This document shows, in pieces, positions 62,422-64,000 of a stretch of 64,000 nucleotides of DNA. The stretch comes from Zootoca vivipara. Its lineage: Eukaryota. The stretch lies in contig NC_083279.1 of assembly GCF_963506605.1 (NCBI RefSeq), positions 79,360,001 through 79,424,000 of the forward strand, read 5' to 3'. The position numbers were made by a program, and so were the translations under genes. The notes under the pieces were generated by a model that was not told the origin of the DNA, ran no database searches, and saw only the letters and a list, made by a program, of their open reading frames with translations. The number at the start of each line of letters is the position of its first letter. The stretch's first letter is position 1.

Positions 62422-62971
62422 CAGTTTGCACCCAGTAGGTCCAAATTTCAGTCCCTGGCATTACAACCACAAAAAGGATAGCAAGTAGCAGGGTCAGGAT
62501 TGGGCTCTGTACAAGACTTGGCTAGCAAATAAAGTAGATAGAAATGCACTTCACATCCATCCATCCCCACCCCACCCCAAAATGCTTTGCTGTGACCCAG
62601 AACCTGCTCTGTACCAAATATTTGGGTTGTAAGTCTTTGCATCATTACTGATATGGTTGCTTAATTGGCTGGAAGAGAGTTTGCATGTTCTGCCTTCCTG
62701 AGAGCTACTGTAGTAACGTCTGAATGAAAGCTTGTAAGTCTTGTCTCCTGATTCTGAAGCAAAGTACCTATGTCGGCACAGGAAAACACAGAAGGCTTGA
62801 GTTGCAGCCTTTTGAGGCTGCTGGATTATTATGCAGTTATCATACTTGGTGAACGTGTGAAGTCATGCTTTGAAACGGATAGGAAAACCAAGATAAATGA
62901 AAACAACACTGCACCTTTTCTTCCATGTACTGTACCAGGGCCCTTCGAAACAGTCTGTTTGTGTTCTCAAC

Positions 62972-62985
62972 CTGCCATCTAGTGG
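62972..62985 (-). promoter_or_regulatory. CTCF-like motif (CCACTAGATGGCAG)
   Basis: Exact match to the CTCF core consensus CCASYAGRKGGCRS. Confidence 0.45.
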
Positions 62986-64000
62986 TGAGATACTTTAAAG
63001 CAGAACTTGCCATGCATATTTGACAGGTTTGGTTTTCAGTTCGGAGTTTTATCAGCCATCCTGAAAACTCCCTTAGATATGCGCAACATCATGCTTTGCT
63101 TTTGTAATTTGAGACTCCAGTGCAGAATTTTGAAACTCCCCATAACTTGATACGAAGCATCTGGAGTAGCTGCTCAGGTTTTATTTTTGTCTAAAATCCT
63201 CCTGGATGAGTCGCATTTATGTAGTTCTCAGAATTACAGCCAAAGATTGGAGAAATAATTTTAGTTCCTTCCCTCCTTTTGCTGCTTCCTCATTGGTGAA
63301 ATCTAGATGGAAGAGTCATTGAGAGCTTTATCCCAATGTGTCTGCTTCCATTTGAAAGCTGTCCAAGTTAGCGGCTATTGCTATATTGTCTGGAAGCAAA
63401 TTCCATCATTTGATTGTGTGCTATGTGAAGAAGTACTTCATATTGTTTGTCTTGAACCCCCCACCATACAGTTTCATTGGATGAATCTGGGGTCTGGTAT
63501 TTAGGGGGCAGAATTCATGGTTATCAGTTCAGAGAGTGACAATCCAACTTCATTCTGTTCTCCTTTCATGGGTTGCAGGATTGCAAGCTCGCAACATCAG
63601 CAGCAAAAAATCCAGGTACTATTGTGATATGGTAGCAAGAACATAACCTTCCTTATGGCCACCATGCTTCTGTTTTTTTATCACCCCACAATTGGGTGTT
63701 TATGTCTACAAAAAGAGAAGTAAAAATTTACACAGGAAACGTTTACCTTTCTAGAATGTAATTTGTAAATGAATGTGTAACTGGCTAGGACTTTGTCCTA
63801 AAAGGTACAATATGCATAGTTAAAATAAAATAAATAATAGAATAGGTCTTGAATCTTCCTATTTCATTTTGAGAATTTCAAATAGCGTATTGGCTTATTT
63901 GGGTTTATTATTTTGTTTTCTTTTTTCTTTTTCCCCACACAGTGAGTCAAAGACTTTATTAGATTTCAAGGAATGTGATACGTCATGACATAAACAGCTA

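Overview
Vertebrate, most likely lacertid lizard, genomic DNA: Sauria SINEs, Bov-B (RTE) LINE ends and squamate-type MITEs are abundant. There are no prokaryotic features. The window holds the 5' part of SPATA13 (ASEF2, a Rho-family GEF) on the + strand. One very large coding exon (57668-59470) matches, by my recollection of the human sequence, the N-terminal region of the long SPATA13 isoform. Two CpG-island promoters with first exons lie upstream (about 23.5-23.9 kb and 55.7-56.0 kb). The most interesting observation is a predicted splice architecture. A strong 79-nt exon at 44257-44335 is open in the SPATA13 frame and accepts phase-2 upstream exons. The ATG-containing first exon ending at 23897 joins it in frame (a 92-aa N-terminal extension), as would a partly transposon-derived exon ending at 39278 and possibly one ending at 2512. 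Skipping the 79-nt exon turns the 23863 ATG into a 19-codon uORF. All exon joins are inferred from splice motifs and reading frame, not from transcript data. The rest is intronic or intergenic sequence with many TE insertions (several with intact TSDs), microsatellites, a probable solo LTR and tRNA-derived SINEs whose different heads share one CR1-type tail. Most short ORFs in the supplied track are non-coding noise.
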